Assembly: GCA_051294375.1 (NCBI GenBank)
Contig: CM119265.1
Span: 4,405,056 to 4,469,055, forward strand
Reading direction: 5' to 3'
DNA: 64,000 bases
Source: Paraspadella gotoi
Taxonomy: Eukaryota > Animalia > Chaetognatha
Shown here: piece after piece, positions 1-12,400 of the stretch
Position numbering within the stretch: position 1 is the stretch's first letter
How the letters are laid out: each line of letters starts with the position of its first letter
Notes under the pieces: model-generated
Database searches by the model: none
What the model saw: only the letters and a program-made list of their open reading frames with translations
Told to the model about the DNA's origin: nothing
Position numbers and translations under genes: made by a program

Positions 1-337
1 GTCTTTGTCGGAAAAAGCTCTTTATTCGGAATTTTGTGAGATTTTTTAATAAAGAAATAGAAAGGGGATTCTTTCCACAAATTGTAATGCTTAAATAAAA
101 AAAAAATTCTACATTAAAAGTAAATAATAAAGGCAAAAAAATATAATTATAGAACGTAACTTTTGAATTGAAAAAAAAATCTGAACCTCAAAATCAAAGT
201 TGAATCAAGCCCTTTTGCAGGAACTTGATGCGTAAGCGAGCAGTTCGCTGGGCAGGAATCCCGAGTTCTCCGATTCGTCGGGCTGCGGCATGCGCAAAAA
301 AGCCGCACGTGCCAACGCCTTCGACGTAAAAAATATT

Positions 338-481
338 TCGTTCGCTAAATCGAGGGAAAAAAAATTCAAGGAAAAATGATTCGAAGCGAGAATTTTGCCA
401 TATTTCCTTTTTTTTTTCTTCTGACTTTTAAGTCGGCTTTGAGACTTTATATTTTTTTTTCTTCCTAAGAAACTGATTTTC
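338..481 (+). repeat. ~140-bp segment repeated at 6928-7061
   Basis: tttcgttcg..aaatcgagg...aattcaaggaaa...ttctgacttttaagtcggctttgagactttatatttt shared; also 1-48 repeats at 1994-2043. Confidence 0.8.
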
Positions 482-1217
482 NNNNNNNNNNATAGTAGTT
501 TACATATGAATTTTGTCCTTATTCCAATTAATAGTTGCCGTAAACTCAGCTCACTCGACTACTTTGCCCGGCAATTCCTGGTTTTTGCCCGCCCTCCTCT
601 ACATTTTGCCCGACGGGGGACGTGACCCCGCGGAATCCCCGGTCGACCCGCGACGCCATCGGGCGGAAAAGGACGTCGTTCGCCTGAAAGACGATGAAGG
701 AGGGAATCGTCCTCTTCGCCAATCCCTATTCTTTTTATTTTTTATATTCTTCTTCCTCCTTTTTCTCTTTTTTTTCTCCTCCTCCTCCTGCTCCTTTTCC
801 TCCTCTTCCTTTCTCCTTCTTTCGTCACTCCCTCGAGAGCTCATCATTCGTCAACCCTTTTTTTTTCATTTTGATAGGATATTGGGAGCAGTGAGGTTTT
901 TATTCTTTAAAGTTAATAGATTCCTTCACTTTTCATTTAAACTTTAACTGCAGATCCGAGAACAACAGTGCAGTGGTAATGACGACAACTGCAAAAACAA
1001 CTGCAACAAAAACCCCAATTTCGGCATCTTCTCAAAGTCCTAAAGAGGAACGGATTCGTTACATTAGTTCCATTAGTTTCATTTGTTTCATTTGGTACAT
1101 TTGCCAGATTGGGCGCCATCAAGGCGTCCAGAATTTTTCTTTTTTTTTTCTCCTCCTCGATCTTTTTCTCTCACGGAGGCCAGATGCGACGCCCGGCAAT
1201 GGAGATTTCGCCATCTG

Positions 1218-1351
<134 letters not shown>

Positions 1352-4300
1352 CTTTCCATTTGGTAAATGATGGACTTCTATCACTTTTTCTTGGCTATTT
1401 TCGCTACACTCCAATTACCAGGTTTTCTCTTTTCCTACTCATTTGCCATCAACTCTTCCTCGCCATTCACCATTTGCCATTCGATCCCTTTTACCATTCC
1501 ACCGTCCTCCATCCACGTCGCGGCTGACCAAACGTCGCGCGTAGTCTCTTCTCACGCCTCCGTCTTTTCTCAACGCCCCCCCTCCCCTCGAACCTCTTGT
1601 AATTCGATGGCGCTGACAACCCACGCCGATACAAATTTCATTTGGATTCCTCTCGGTCGTCGTTGTTGTCGTTGTTGACGACTTCATCTAATTCGTAGGC
1701 GGCTTCTGTTCTCGATCGATTTGAAACAAGACGACTTTGTATATTTTTTTGGTTTGAAAATGAAATCTAGTTGACGTTGTCGTCGTCGTTTCCAGCATCA
1801 ACGTTATTCCCAACGAAACAGAGATAATGTCGACAAAAATCGGGGAACGCTCTCCGCCGTTAAGGAGGCGGAGTTTGAATAAAATTCGATTGAATCGAAA
1901 CTGGGCGATAAAAGGGCGGGGCTGCAGGCAGCCGTTAGGAGGCCAGTTACTAAAGCGGGAGGCAGTAAAGTAATTTTATATAAAAAAGCGTTTGTCTTTG
2001 TCGGAAAAAGCTCTTTATTCGGAATTTTGTGAGTTTTTTCAATAAAACAGATTCGAAGATAGGAACCAGGAGGCCACTGTAGCCTTGTTCGGGCAGAACT
2101 ACGTTTTTAAATGGACAATACCAGCTTTTTTTGTCTACGGAAATGTACACCGAATATGGGGCAAACCCGAATATAAAATATAATATAATACTCGTTCGCC
2201 GAATTCAACAGGTGCAATCAAAGTCAGGCTCGAGTTAAAAAGTCTTAAAGACATTTTTGAAAAAAACCAGTTCGTAACTCGAATATGTCATTAACCCTCC
2301 TGATGCCAAAAACGCTAACTGCAAGTAATTCTGCTGGCGCTAGGAAATGCGACCGCTGAAACGGGGTCCGGGAATGCGGTCGCGGCCAGCGAGAGCGTAC
2401 ACGAGGACAAAAACGTCCATTAGGACGTATTCCGTTCGACGAGAATCCGAACACAAAAGTAGCCGACGCATCTGCGAAAAGGAGAGAATTAGAACGTAAG
2501 TTGGGCGCGAAAGCAGAACTGGAGGAGATTGGTGATATAGTGGGCATTGACTTGGGGAAGTCAATAGATAAGTTGACAGAGGCTGGTGGAAATTGGAACG
2601 AGTTAGGTGAAAAATAGTGGAAATACTGGATTTAAACGATTCATATATTCGTCTCTTAGTTTAAACTATGGGAGACTGTAACAGTAGACCCGCGTTAGAG
2701 GTTTGCAAAAAAATAAATAATATTTGAATAACAGTGAGAATGTGGAATCTAACGATTTTATGATATAAATAACTATTAATAATGAGCGAGGCACCACAAA
2801 ACTAGAAAATACCAGAACATCTGTTTAGTAATAAGAAAGAACAATGTAATTGTAATTAGACGTATATAGTAATTATGTATTGAGGTCCCAGAACTGGATT
2901 TCCCTTTCAAAATGGCGGACCGAGAAAGCGGGGGCGGTACCAATTTTTATGTAATAGACAGACAATGTCTTAAATCTGTGGTCGATCTCGCATTTTATCC
3001 CCTTTGAACATATCTTTTTCTTTTCATTTTATCTTCTCTTTCTTTTGCTATCTCTTCAAAGCGGGCTGAGATTCGAAGGACCAATACCAATCGCAATTCG
3101 GGATCCTCGAGGTTATAGCATGATCAATTTTTATTTACTATTATTATTATTATTAAAAAGTGAATCTATTTCACGCGATTCGGTTAAATATCAAATTATG
3201 CATTTACAAACCACCTTTTCGAGACGGCGTTCGGAATGGCGTGTCCGAGAAGATGTACTTTTGCATGTGATGCTGTCTTCCTTTGAGAATTTCCGGATGA
3301 TTCGGCGTATTCGTTAACATCGTACTCAGGTAATAGTCGTGCTCTGGGTATAATCTGATCGGAAATCTCATAATTCGATCGTGAGAAGATGTCCATGTTG
3401 TGGTCTCTTACCAGGATAAGACCTTTAACAAGCACTCCATCGCAAAAAGATAGATAAGTAACATTCGCTAATTAATATTAATATTGCTATATAATGTCAA
3501 AAATTTTGGTATATTTTAAGTTTTTTAAGTGATTCTTGATAGAGCTAAAAAGTAATGCAAAAAATATATAAATTACAACTTTTAAAATTTTGATGTATTA
3601 CAAAAATTATAAAAACTGCTAAAAATCATTGGCATGATGATGATGAATGAGATTTTAAAGGTTTTTCTCAATTAACCACTATCACAAAAAATATTGAAAA
3701 AAGAATTCCAACCTATAATACTGCATAAATTGTGGTATAAATACTTTTACGTGTATACATCATTTAGTGTAATTTATTTTTAGAAATCTGCATTCCATAT
3801 TTAAAAATAACACAAGTTAATGCATATACTTCTCTTCAAAATTATTAATCTTTTATGCTTGCCATTTATTTTTCATTGTTTATGTTAATAATAAAAAAAA
3901 AAATTTTCTTCGCTCAGAATAAAATTGGATTTTTCCCCCCTGATAGTTTCTTCCGAGTTTCCCGAAATTAAACCTACCATTAACTTTCCTTTGCTATACG
4001 TAACGTAACTTTGATAAAGAATATCGCAAATTAAAATTTTCTAAAATTACCACAAATTTTCAAAACCATCATTTATCTCCTCTTAGATATCCTGTTCAGT
4101 TTGAATTGACGTTAAATTCGTTTCGTAGTTGCAAGGCGAACCGACTATGATCTTTTCACGGTACCAAATAATATAAAATTAGGCTAAAGAAAATATGTCG
4201 TTTTGATACCGTCACTTTTTTAAATTAGTGAGAGTATCTTGTTCTAAATAGGTTTTGTCCTGTTATTGAAACTTAGTGGGTTTAAACTGTAATAAATAGT

Positions 4301-7300
4301 GGTTAATACCTGTTTTCGAAACCATTACATCAGTTCGACTTAAAGCCTTAAAACAAATAATTATCGTTTTTTAAAAGCAGTTTATTTTAGTTTACATATT
4401 TATCAATAAAGAAAAACATAAACGCTAACTTGTTTCGTTAAAAATCTTCGTGGGTCTTCAGATAGTGCCTTGGAGCGGGAAAAGAATACTTTTAAACAAA
4501 GATCTGGCGTTTTTTAACCTTTTTTTCTGCGTCAAAATTCAACAAGTTTTTGAGCAAAAACTTTCCATGACCAAATTTTCAAAAAACTGGATAGAAGACA
4601 TTATAATTAACTTTTTAATATTTATTTATAGATTTTAATGAAATGTCAAAGAAAATTTATTAGTTGTGTTGTTGAAACATTGGGGAAACAACCTAAAAAA
4701 ATGATACCTCACACATCAAGTCTCATCTGATGATTTTTAAGTAGATATTTTGGCTCTTTTTCAGTTTAAATAAAACCATCAAAAAATTATTAAAAAAGTT
4801 GTTAATTATATTGTTTTTGTGCTTATCACTATTTTAGAGCGCTATTCATGAAAACTCAATTAAAAACCTTAAAATACAAAAAAAAAATTACATTATATAA
4901 AGCAAAATAATAATTATTAATTTAAGCGAATTACTCATCAGGAGTTTCGGAACTCATTTTTGCAAAAATATTTGTTTAAACACAACTATAACCGATAATA
5001 GAATCTCGCTTAATACATGTTCTCCATTAAAAATTTGAATTTGGTCGAGGCGACCGCTAATTTAGGGTTAATTGGTTTTACTGGTTAAGCTTAAAAGAGT
5101 TTAAACGTTAAAAAAATTAAATAAATTTTTTTAATAATTTTTAAAAAAAAATAAAACTATTTTGAAAAGGTTTTCAAAACGCCAAAACCCACGGTCAGCG
5201 AAAGGTTAATAATTTTTGTGAACATATATAAAATATTTAATATAATTTTTAAATAGATTCCCTTTTTATACATTTAATTTTTAATTTAAAAATAATAAAA
5301 TATTAAAAGTAAGTGCCAAACCCCATCGTGCAGAAAAATAAAAAATATTATCACCGAACACTCGCAAATTTATACGCTGAAGCTAAAAAAATGATATATA
5401 TACAAATAAAAAAATAAAATAACCGTTTTCGGTTACGATCGGTAAAATTAAAATATTCCCCATTAGGGAAAAGTTTAAACAAAACAGAGACTAATAGTGA
5501 TTCCTTTTCTTAGAGACCGGACGCTGAGCAACGGTTTGGACTGTTATCTTTCCACCTATTCTGTCTCCACAAGGGGCCTGGGTTGAGGTGTCCCTGCGGT
5601 ACTCTATCTGCATCACGTGAAGCAGGACGCCGTCTCGGTAATAACTGCCTAATATAAGGCAAATGGAGGAGGAAACTCTCACCTCGGGTTCGACCTTGTA
5701 CTGTCCGTGGTCGGCAATCACTCTCAGGCATTTGTCCCACGCATCAATAAGAGAGAAATCCAAAAAAAAAAAACAAAACTTGAGGGCTGTTTCTCAAAGT
5801 TTTCTGCCTTAAAGAGAATTAGTCTTATCTGTAAGAGCATTTAATCGAATTTCTTTTCGCGAAATTTTCAAAGAAAGTACAACAGCGTTAATTCTTTTTA
5901 ACTTATGCTTAACTACTTAACTTAACAGGCGAAGTTTTTTCCCCTAATCTACGAGGAGCGGTCTTCGACTTTAGCGTACTATTGAAAACCGAGGATGGCG
6001 GTCGCAGAAACGGTTCTCCCATCGGGCAAGCCCCTCGGAGATGTTCGACCGAAGAACTCGCGGGGCCCAGAACGCGGGCACCTAATCTCTCTCGCTCGGG
6101 TGTCCGCACGTCGAGGCCGTGGGCACTTGTCGTCCCGCGAACGGCCACGCAGGCGGATGGTGGGTCACATTCGAAGAAGCGGAGAGCAGTGGGCGTAGAG
6201 GCCAATAGAAGAACTGGTAATGACAATTTACGAATCTACTATCCTCTTTATGCATATATGTACATTTAATATTAATATAATCAGTTGTTCAATGTTCAAT
6301 ATATAAGATCAGCAATCGAAAACGAAAAGTTTTTTTGAGTATTTTTAGTATAGTTTTTTAGTAATAAAAATAAAACTTTCGTTTTCGAATCTCCTGAAGC
6401 CATATACTTATAGTGATTCCCAGGTGCCGAACAGGGTGAGCGAACTTGATTCGCATCGTTAGGACAACCTTGATGAGGGTGGCCGGTCGGCGTCCAAAAA
6501 AGGGCGAGTCGCACATCGAGGAAATGAAAATGTTGCGGGTGCTTCACGCTGCCATGGAACACGATGGAATACATATCGACAGGTCTGATGGCCTACAGAG
6601 ACGCCTACCGAGGCCAAGGAAAGTAAAGCAAGAATAAGAAAGAAAACGACGTAAGGAAAGGGAGCGAAGGAGAACGGGATCGACCCATCCGGCGAACCAA
6701 GAACGCTGCGTCGAAACTCCTGGGCGACGATCGCGAAAAGGAGATGGATGCCTAACTTGAGGGCGGGTGGGCGATTGGCTTAGACCGGGCTCAAATCGAA
6801 TGGCCGTAGACATGGGTTGAAGTCATTGAGAGGCAAGAACGATCAAACTGGAAAACAGTTCACCAGTAAAGGTAAAAGCCGCGACGCGTATCGGCTAAGT
6901 AGACGGGCCTGTGCGCCGATAAAAGAATTTTCGTTCGTGAAATCGAGGAAAAAAAATTCAAGGAAAGATTCGAAGCGAGGAATTTTGCCATTTCCTTTTT
7001 TTTCCTTCTGACTTTTAAGTCGGCTTTGAGACTTTATATTTTTTTCTTCTAGACTGATTTTCTTTTGGTCTTATTTCAGATATGGAGAGAGAGAGAGAGA
7101 GAGAAGAGAGAGGAGAGAGAGAGAGAGAGAGAGATCCGAGATGAGAGAAAATGAGCAGAGAAAGAGAGAGAGAACGGCGCTCTTTAAGAGAGGCGCGAGA
7201 AAGCGTGTTTTTAAACGTATCGGCGCGGTTTTCAGTGTTTTACGCGGCCTTGGTAAACACGCACGACGTCGGAACGTTGGCTTTAGCGACAGCGGGGGTC

Positions 7301-7375
7301 GTTGCTTTGCAGAGACTCGCAACCGACATCCGGGCTCCGCTCCCGTTCTTCGGGCCTTTTAATTACAAAACTACC

Positions 7376-7402
7376 GAGAGAAGAGAGAGAGAGAGAGAGA
7401 GA

Positions 7403-7459
<57 letters not shown>
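7376..7459 (+). repeat. (GA)n microsatellite, imperfect
   Basis: Direct reading; a second GA run at 7085-7133. Confidence 0.95.
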
Positions 7460-8050
7460 CTTCTTCCGGTCGGGAGTGCCGTTCGTCTGGAGTCTTCGGA
7501 GACGCCATCTAAACGTGAGTCTGAAGCATCTGCCCGGTAAATTGTCGACGGGTTGGCGTGGCGCCGTGGCAAACGTCTCTCCCCACTTTCGTCGCTTTTT
7601 TTTTCGTCGCAGCTGCCCACGCGTTTTCCATTACCGTCTCCTGGTTATTTAAAAAAAAAAAGAAATGTGAATAAAACTATAACAAAAACCCGATAAAGTT
7701 GTTTTTTTTTCTCTCCGTGATTAAGAAATAGCGGTGAAAAGTAAAAGAGAAAGCCAGGCGTGTGTTGTTTAGAGTCGCGGTCGTCACCGTCGTCGTCCGT
7801 CGTTATCGTCTTTTTCATCGTCGTCGTCGTTATCGTCCTTATTTTCGGTGTTATGACGCGTGGTCGTATTTTTCGTTGTTATTTACGTCGATTCTGTCGT
7901 CCTCGTTATCAGCCATTCATCAAATTCCCGCTTCTATTTATCGACGTCGTCGCAATCCCCGACGCCCTACTCCCGGTACCTCCAGCGATGACAATGAAGA
8001 GACAGTAATTATTGTTGTATGTTAGTGACAGAACCGTTCAATATAAGCAG

Positions 8051-8190
8051 TCCTTGAGCTTCGGATCAGGCTGTAACACCGTGTTACAGGCGGGTTAAGC
8101 GACCCGTCCCTCTTAGCTGCTAGGCGACCACCGGGCTAGAACCCCGGACCTTTGGGTTGAGAGGGGAATGACTTGCCTCCGGCATCAATG
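8051..8190 (-). mobile_element. Possible tRNA-derived SINE head
   Basis: Minus strand reads ...ctctcaacccaaaggtccggggttctagcccggtggtcgcc: anticodon-arm-like segment plus B-box-like GGTTCTAGCCC (8133-8143), followed by small hairpins; no full cloverleaf. Confidence 0.4.
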
Positions 8191-10250
8191 GGCGCTGATG
8201 AACGGTTAGTGGATTTTAGTCCACCATAACAACATCGATATTATCACCCATGTCACTGTCGATGACACAGTCGATGTCATCGCCGGTATCATCGCCAATG
8301 TCATCACCGACTTCACGACGCCTTCGTCTCATCCTTTTTCAATGCCGATTTTCATTTAGTCCCTTTGAGGGTCAAATGAGAAATGAAAAATGAGAAACTT
8401 TCCTCGGACTTTTTAAAGTCTGTCGTGTTAACGAGGGAGTTATTATGGTTTGGTAGTATTGCAGTTGGTGACTCATATACCTTTAAAATTCAGGTTACTC
8501 GAAACGACGTATTCGTTTTGCAAAAAAACCAAACACTTAACAGTTAAGCGCAATTCGAGATGGAGAACTCGATCTGTAATTTTCCAACGGTGGGATTCCC
8601 ACACTTTCCCTTCCCACAATTAAAACTGAATTTTGGTTTGGAAGAAAACTCTTTTTGCTAAAAAAAAAACCAAAAACAAATCCCTTTTAACCGCCTCCGA
8701 CGACTCAAGACTTTAAAAATTACTATGTATATTTTGATTTTTTTTTAAATTAAAAATTAAATTAAAGTTATAAATATATATATTTTATTTTCTCTCTTAT
8801 TATCTTTTTTTTTACAATTTATAAAACTCGCAATACAACAAAAAAAAANNNNNNNNNNNNNNNNNNNNNNNNNNNNNNNNNNNNNNNNNNNNNNNNNNNN
8901 NNNNNNNNNNNNNNNNNNNNNNNNNNNNNNNNNNNNNNNNNNNNNNNNNNNNNNNNNNNNNNNNNNNNNNNNNNNNNNNNNNNNNNNNNNNNNNNNNNNN
9001 NNNNNNNAAAAAAAAGAAGGCAGCAAAAGTAGGGATCGTACGAGGGTAAGGGAAGATCGAAGTGACGGTGGTAGGATGGTATCGTCGGGAAATAGAGCCG
9101 AAGGATATCCACTGAATTTAGTTGAGGGAAAAAGGNNNNNNNNNNNNNNNNNNNNNNNNNNNNNNNNNNNNNNNNNNNNNNNNNNNNNNNNNNNNNNNNN
9201 NNNNNNNNNNNNNNNNNNNNNNNNNNNNNNNNNNNNNNNNNNNNNNNNNNNNNNNNNNNNNNNNNNNNNNNNNNNNNNNNNNNNNNNNNNNNNNNNNNNN
9301 NNNNNNNNNNNNNNNNNNNNNNNNNNNNNNNNNNNNNNNNNNNNNNNNNNNNNNNNNNNNNNNNNNNNNNNNNNNNNNNNNNNNNNNNNNNNNNNNNNNN
9401 NNNNNNNNNNNNNNNNNNNNNNNNNNNNNNNNNNNNNNNNNNNNNNNNAATTTAAATTTAAATTTAAATTTGGCGGGAAATCAGATTTTAAAAAAAATTA
9501 AGAAGGAAATTTCGTTCGCCTTTGGTTCGGCAGAGACGTTTTATTGCGTTGATGTTTCCGCTTCAGGGACGCCTTCACGAGGACAACAACCTAAACGAAG
9601 AAGAAAGAAAAAAACAAAAAACAAAAACAACACGGTAGCAAAGAAAAACGGGCCGAGAAAAAGCAAAAATCATTTAGAGTGGGTGAAAAAAAAAACACGG
9701 AAAAAACACGTCTCGGAATTGATAAGTTTACAGTGAAAAATTACTTGCCTACCGAAAAGAGCAGACTGAGTAAAGGAGCAAAGTGGAGAAAAAATTAGGT
9801 GGAAAAAAAAAAGTGAAAGAATTCGATTTGGTTTTTAAATTGAAATGAAACGAGAAAAAAGAAAAGAAGGAAAAAAAATGAGTGAGTGGGAAATTCCGTT
9901 TGCCGCTTGGAAATTCGAAGAGAAAAAAAAATGTCGCGCCAATGATTTATAGGATAATCGTTTTACATTTTACCCCGAATATTTTCTGTTGTAGAATTTA
10001 GAAAGAATTGAACGACGTTTGTAAAAACCCAGAAACCTGTGGCGAACTGTTTTTAATTATTCGATTCTACAATTCGACTTCCAACACTTTTGTCAAGAAT
10101 TAATTTCGACAAAAAGAACAAAAGAAAATTAAAAAAAAGGGGAAAAATCTCCTTCTGTTCTCGCCTCCTCTACAATTACTTCCCTGAGGGGGGGGGAATT
10201 TAAAATTTGATTTCCAAAATGTTTTTCGTGAGGAAAGACATTAAAAACCC

Positions 10251-10254
<4 letters not shown>

Positions 10255-10343
<89 letters not shown>

Positions 10344-10349
10344 AGAGAG
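10255..10349 (+). repeat. (GA)n microsatellite
   Basis: Direct reading. Confidence 0.95.
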
Positions 10350-11424
10350 TGATGTAAGAAGTTGGAGGAAAAGACGCAACGAAAGAAAGACATTGCAATG
10401 CAAATATTTTACCAACGAAATAAGAAAAGGCAGAGCGAAGGTAAAAAAAAAAAGAAAATGAAAATGAAGAAAAGCTAAAAACTAAAAGAAAGAAAAAGAC
10501 ACAAAAAGAGAGAAAAAAAAAGAACAAACAAAAAAGAGCGTAACAACGAAATGACCTTTAAAAGAAAAAGGAAAAAGAAGGGAAAAAAAAAGAAGAAGAA
10601 GAAAGAAAAAAACCCAAACAGAAAACTGGGGGAAATTGGAAAAGAATAAAAGCGAGAGAAGAAGCAGGCTGGCATTTGGTTGGAAATGTCTTATCGATGG
10701 CAACAATGATGCAAACATGGCAGATTGGCCAAGATCCAGCCCGCGATTTTGGTAGAAAAGGAAAGGGAAGTGTGGACGAAAAAATGCTGGGGACGAGGGA
10801 TTGAGGCTCTCGATGGAGGATAAGAGGAGTTGGGGTCAAACCCGAGAGGAAATGGTCTGATGAGGGAAAACGGGATGACCGAGAAATGATTGCCCCTCGA
10901 GGTCCTCGCGGTCTAAAACGACACGAAAAAAATACGATGCGGAAACTCGTTTTTCGGTGGGCGTCGGCGAATGCGGCTGCGGCGGCGGCTGCGTGGGCGG
11001 CGGCGGAACTCACCGTTATTATACCACGGAAAAAGATTACGTGGTCAACAAAGAAGATGAGGCGGGTTATGTGGCTGAAAACGGAATCGGTATGATGGCT
11101 CCTTTAGCTTTTTTTCTTGACTTTTAAAAAAACAATGGAATTTGAGAAAAGCGAAAAAAAGGGGACAAGATTTTAGAAAAATAGAAATATTAATGGAATT
11201 TAGGTGTAAGAAGAGAAAGAATAACAAAGAATAAAACCGAAATAACATACCTAAAACCTTGAATGACTGACTTCTTGATAACGAATGAGCCGTGATTGAT
11301 AAATTCGCCCACTTGACATCTGTTAAAATACAATTAAAACTAAATTATATCCTGACAAACCAAGCGTCTAACTCTAACGCTAACCCTACACTTTTCCCCA
11401 CCTTATTCTTCCTTTCCCTGCCAG

Positions 11425-11797
11425 ATGCGCTTCCGGCTACGAATGCAACACGACCCTGACGGGATTTCCCAAGTGCGTCTGCGCGACGCGCTGCGCTCCG
11501 CACTACAAACCCGTCTGCGGATCGGACGGTGTCTTCTACGAGAACCACTGCGAGCTGCACCGCGCCGCCTGCGTAGCGCGGACGAGGATTTTCATCAATC
11601 ACGACCGGAAGTGCTTCGAGGCGGAAGAGGATGAGGAGGAGGAGGAGGAGGAGGGGTTGTTTAAGGAGGAGGAGGGGGAGAAAGAGGAGCAGAGGGAGGC
11701 ATACGCTGAGGACGACGTCGACGACGAATACGATTCATCGACGGAGATCACGAGTCTGGAGGCGATTTGGAAAGAGGACGACGTTGGGGAGAATAAG
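11425..11797 (+). CDS. Follistatin-like 4/5 homolog, exon encoding follistatin/Kazal domain plus acidic tract
   Basis: Pyrimidine tract + ccag acceptor at 11421-11424; frame from 11426 reads CASGYECNTTLTGFPKCVCATRCAPHYKPVCGSDGVFYENHCELHRAACVARTRIFINHDRKCF (Kazal PVCGSDG..YENHCE.HRAAC signature of FSTL4/5), then an E/D-rich tract; aag|gtgagt donor, phase 0. Frame is not in the ORF track. Confidence 0.93.
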
Positions 11798-11805
11798 GTG
11801 AGTTG

Positions 11806-11839
11806 GTTTTAAAGGTTTTAAAGGTTTTAAAGGTTTTAA
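11806..11839 (+). repeat. 9-bp tandem repeat (ggttttaaa) x about 4 just after the splice donor
   Basis: Direct reading. Confidence 0.9.
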
Positions 11840-12053
11840 CAGCGCCCCATTTCTGTTCATAATTCCTAAACCTAATTTTAATCCTAATATCCCGCCTTCA
11901 TAATCTTAATCCTTAACCTTAAAGGCCTCCGGCCATCAACCTTTAGTATATAAAAATTCTCGCGCTATTAACCAGTTAAATTACTCGTCTCTGATTGGTT
12001 AACAGAGGAGACAAGTTTTTAGTCGGATCTGCTTATCAGCAGATTCCGTCTCC

Positions 12054-12400
12054 ATAATTCACTTTGTCGGTTCGTCGGTCCCACCCCAAAATATTGTCGG
12101 TAAATCATTATTATCATATCAGAACCTTTAATTATAATTAATTATCCAAAAAAAAGGTCTGTCCATATATCTGTCTGACCGTCCATCCGTCTGTCTGTCC
12201 GTTCGTCTGTCTGTCCCCCCTTAGCATTAAACTCCAATTATTCATGATTGGATCGATGGATTAGAGTGAAATTTTGTGTGTGGTTAGGGAAGTGTGTGAT
12301 TGAGCTGGATATAAAGTTTCGATGGAATCGTGCGAGTGGAAAAAAGTTTAAATTAGAAAACCAAAAGACACATTTATTTAAATTTTTAAAAGTTTTTTTC
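12054..12400 (+). mobile_element. Possible DINE-1/HINE-like non-autonomous Helentron fragment
   Basis: (GTCT/GTCC)n tract at about 12158-12215 followed by ...gatcgatggattagagtgaaattttgtgtgtggttagggaag..., the layout typical of DINE-1/HINE elements; the 5' motif ataattcactttgtcggt...gtcggtcc recurs at 47221 and 59013. Confidence 0.45.

Noticed and set aside
3245-3275. Similar peptide REDVLLHVM (+) and RDGVLLHVM at about 5612-5638 (-)
   Set aside because: Match limited to about 30 nt with no extension on either side; probably chance.
7760-8008. Hydrophobic VVIVFFIVVVVIVLIFGV stretch as a possible signal peptide/first exon
   Set aside because: Arises from an imperfect (TCG/GTC)n repeat; no in-frame ATG before it and no convincing donor.
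10886-11095. GC-rich block with donor-like cg|gtatga just upstream of the Kazal exon
   Set aside because: The only frame that would join exon 11425 in phase has a TGA a few codons before the donor; no signal peptide or follistatin N-terminal motif seen.
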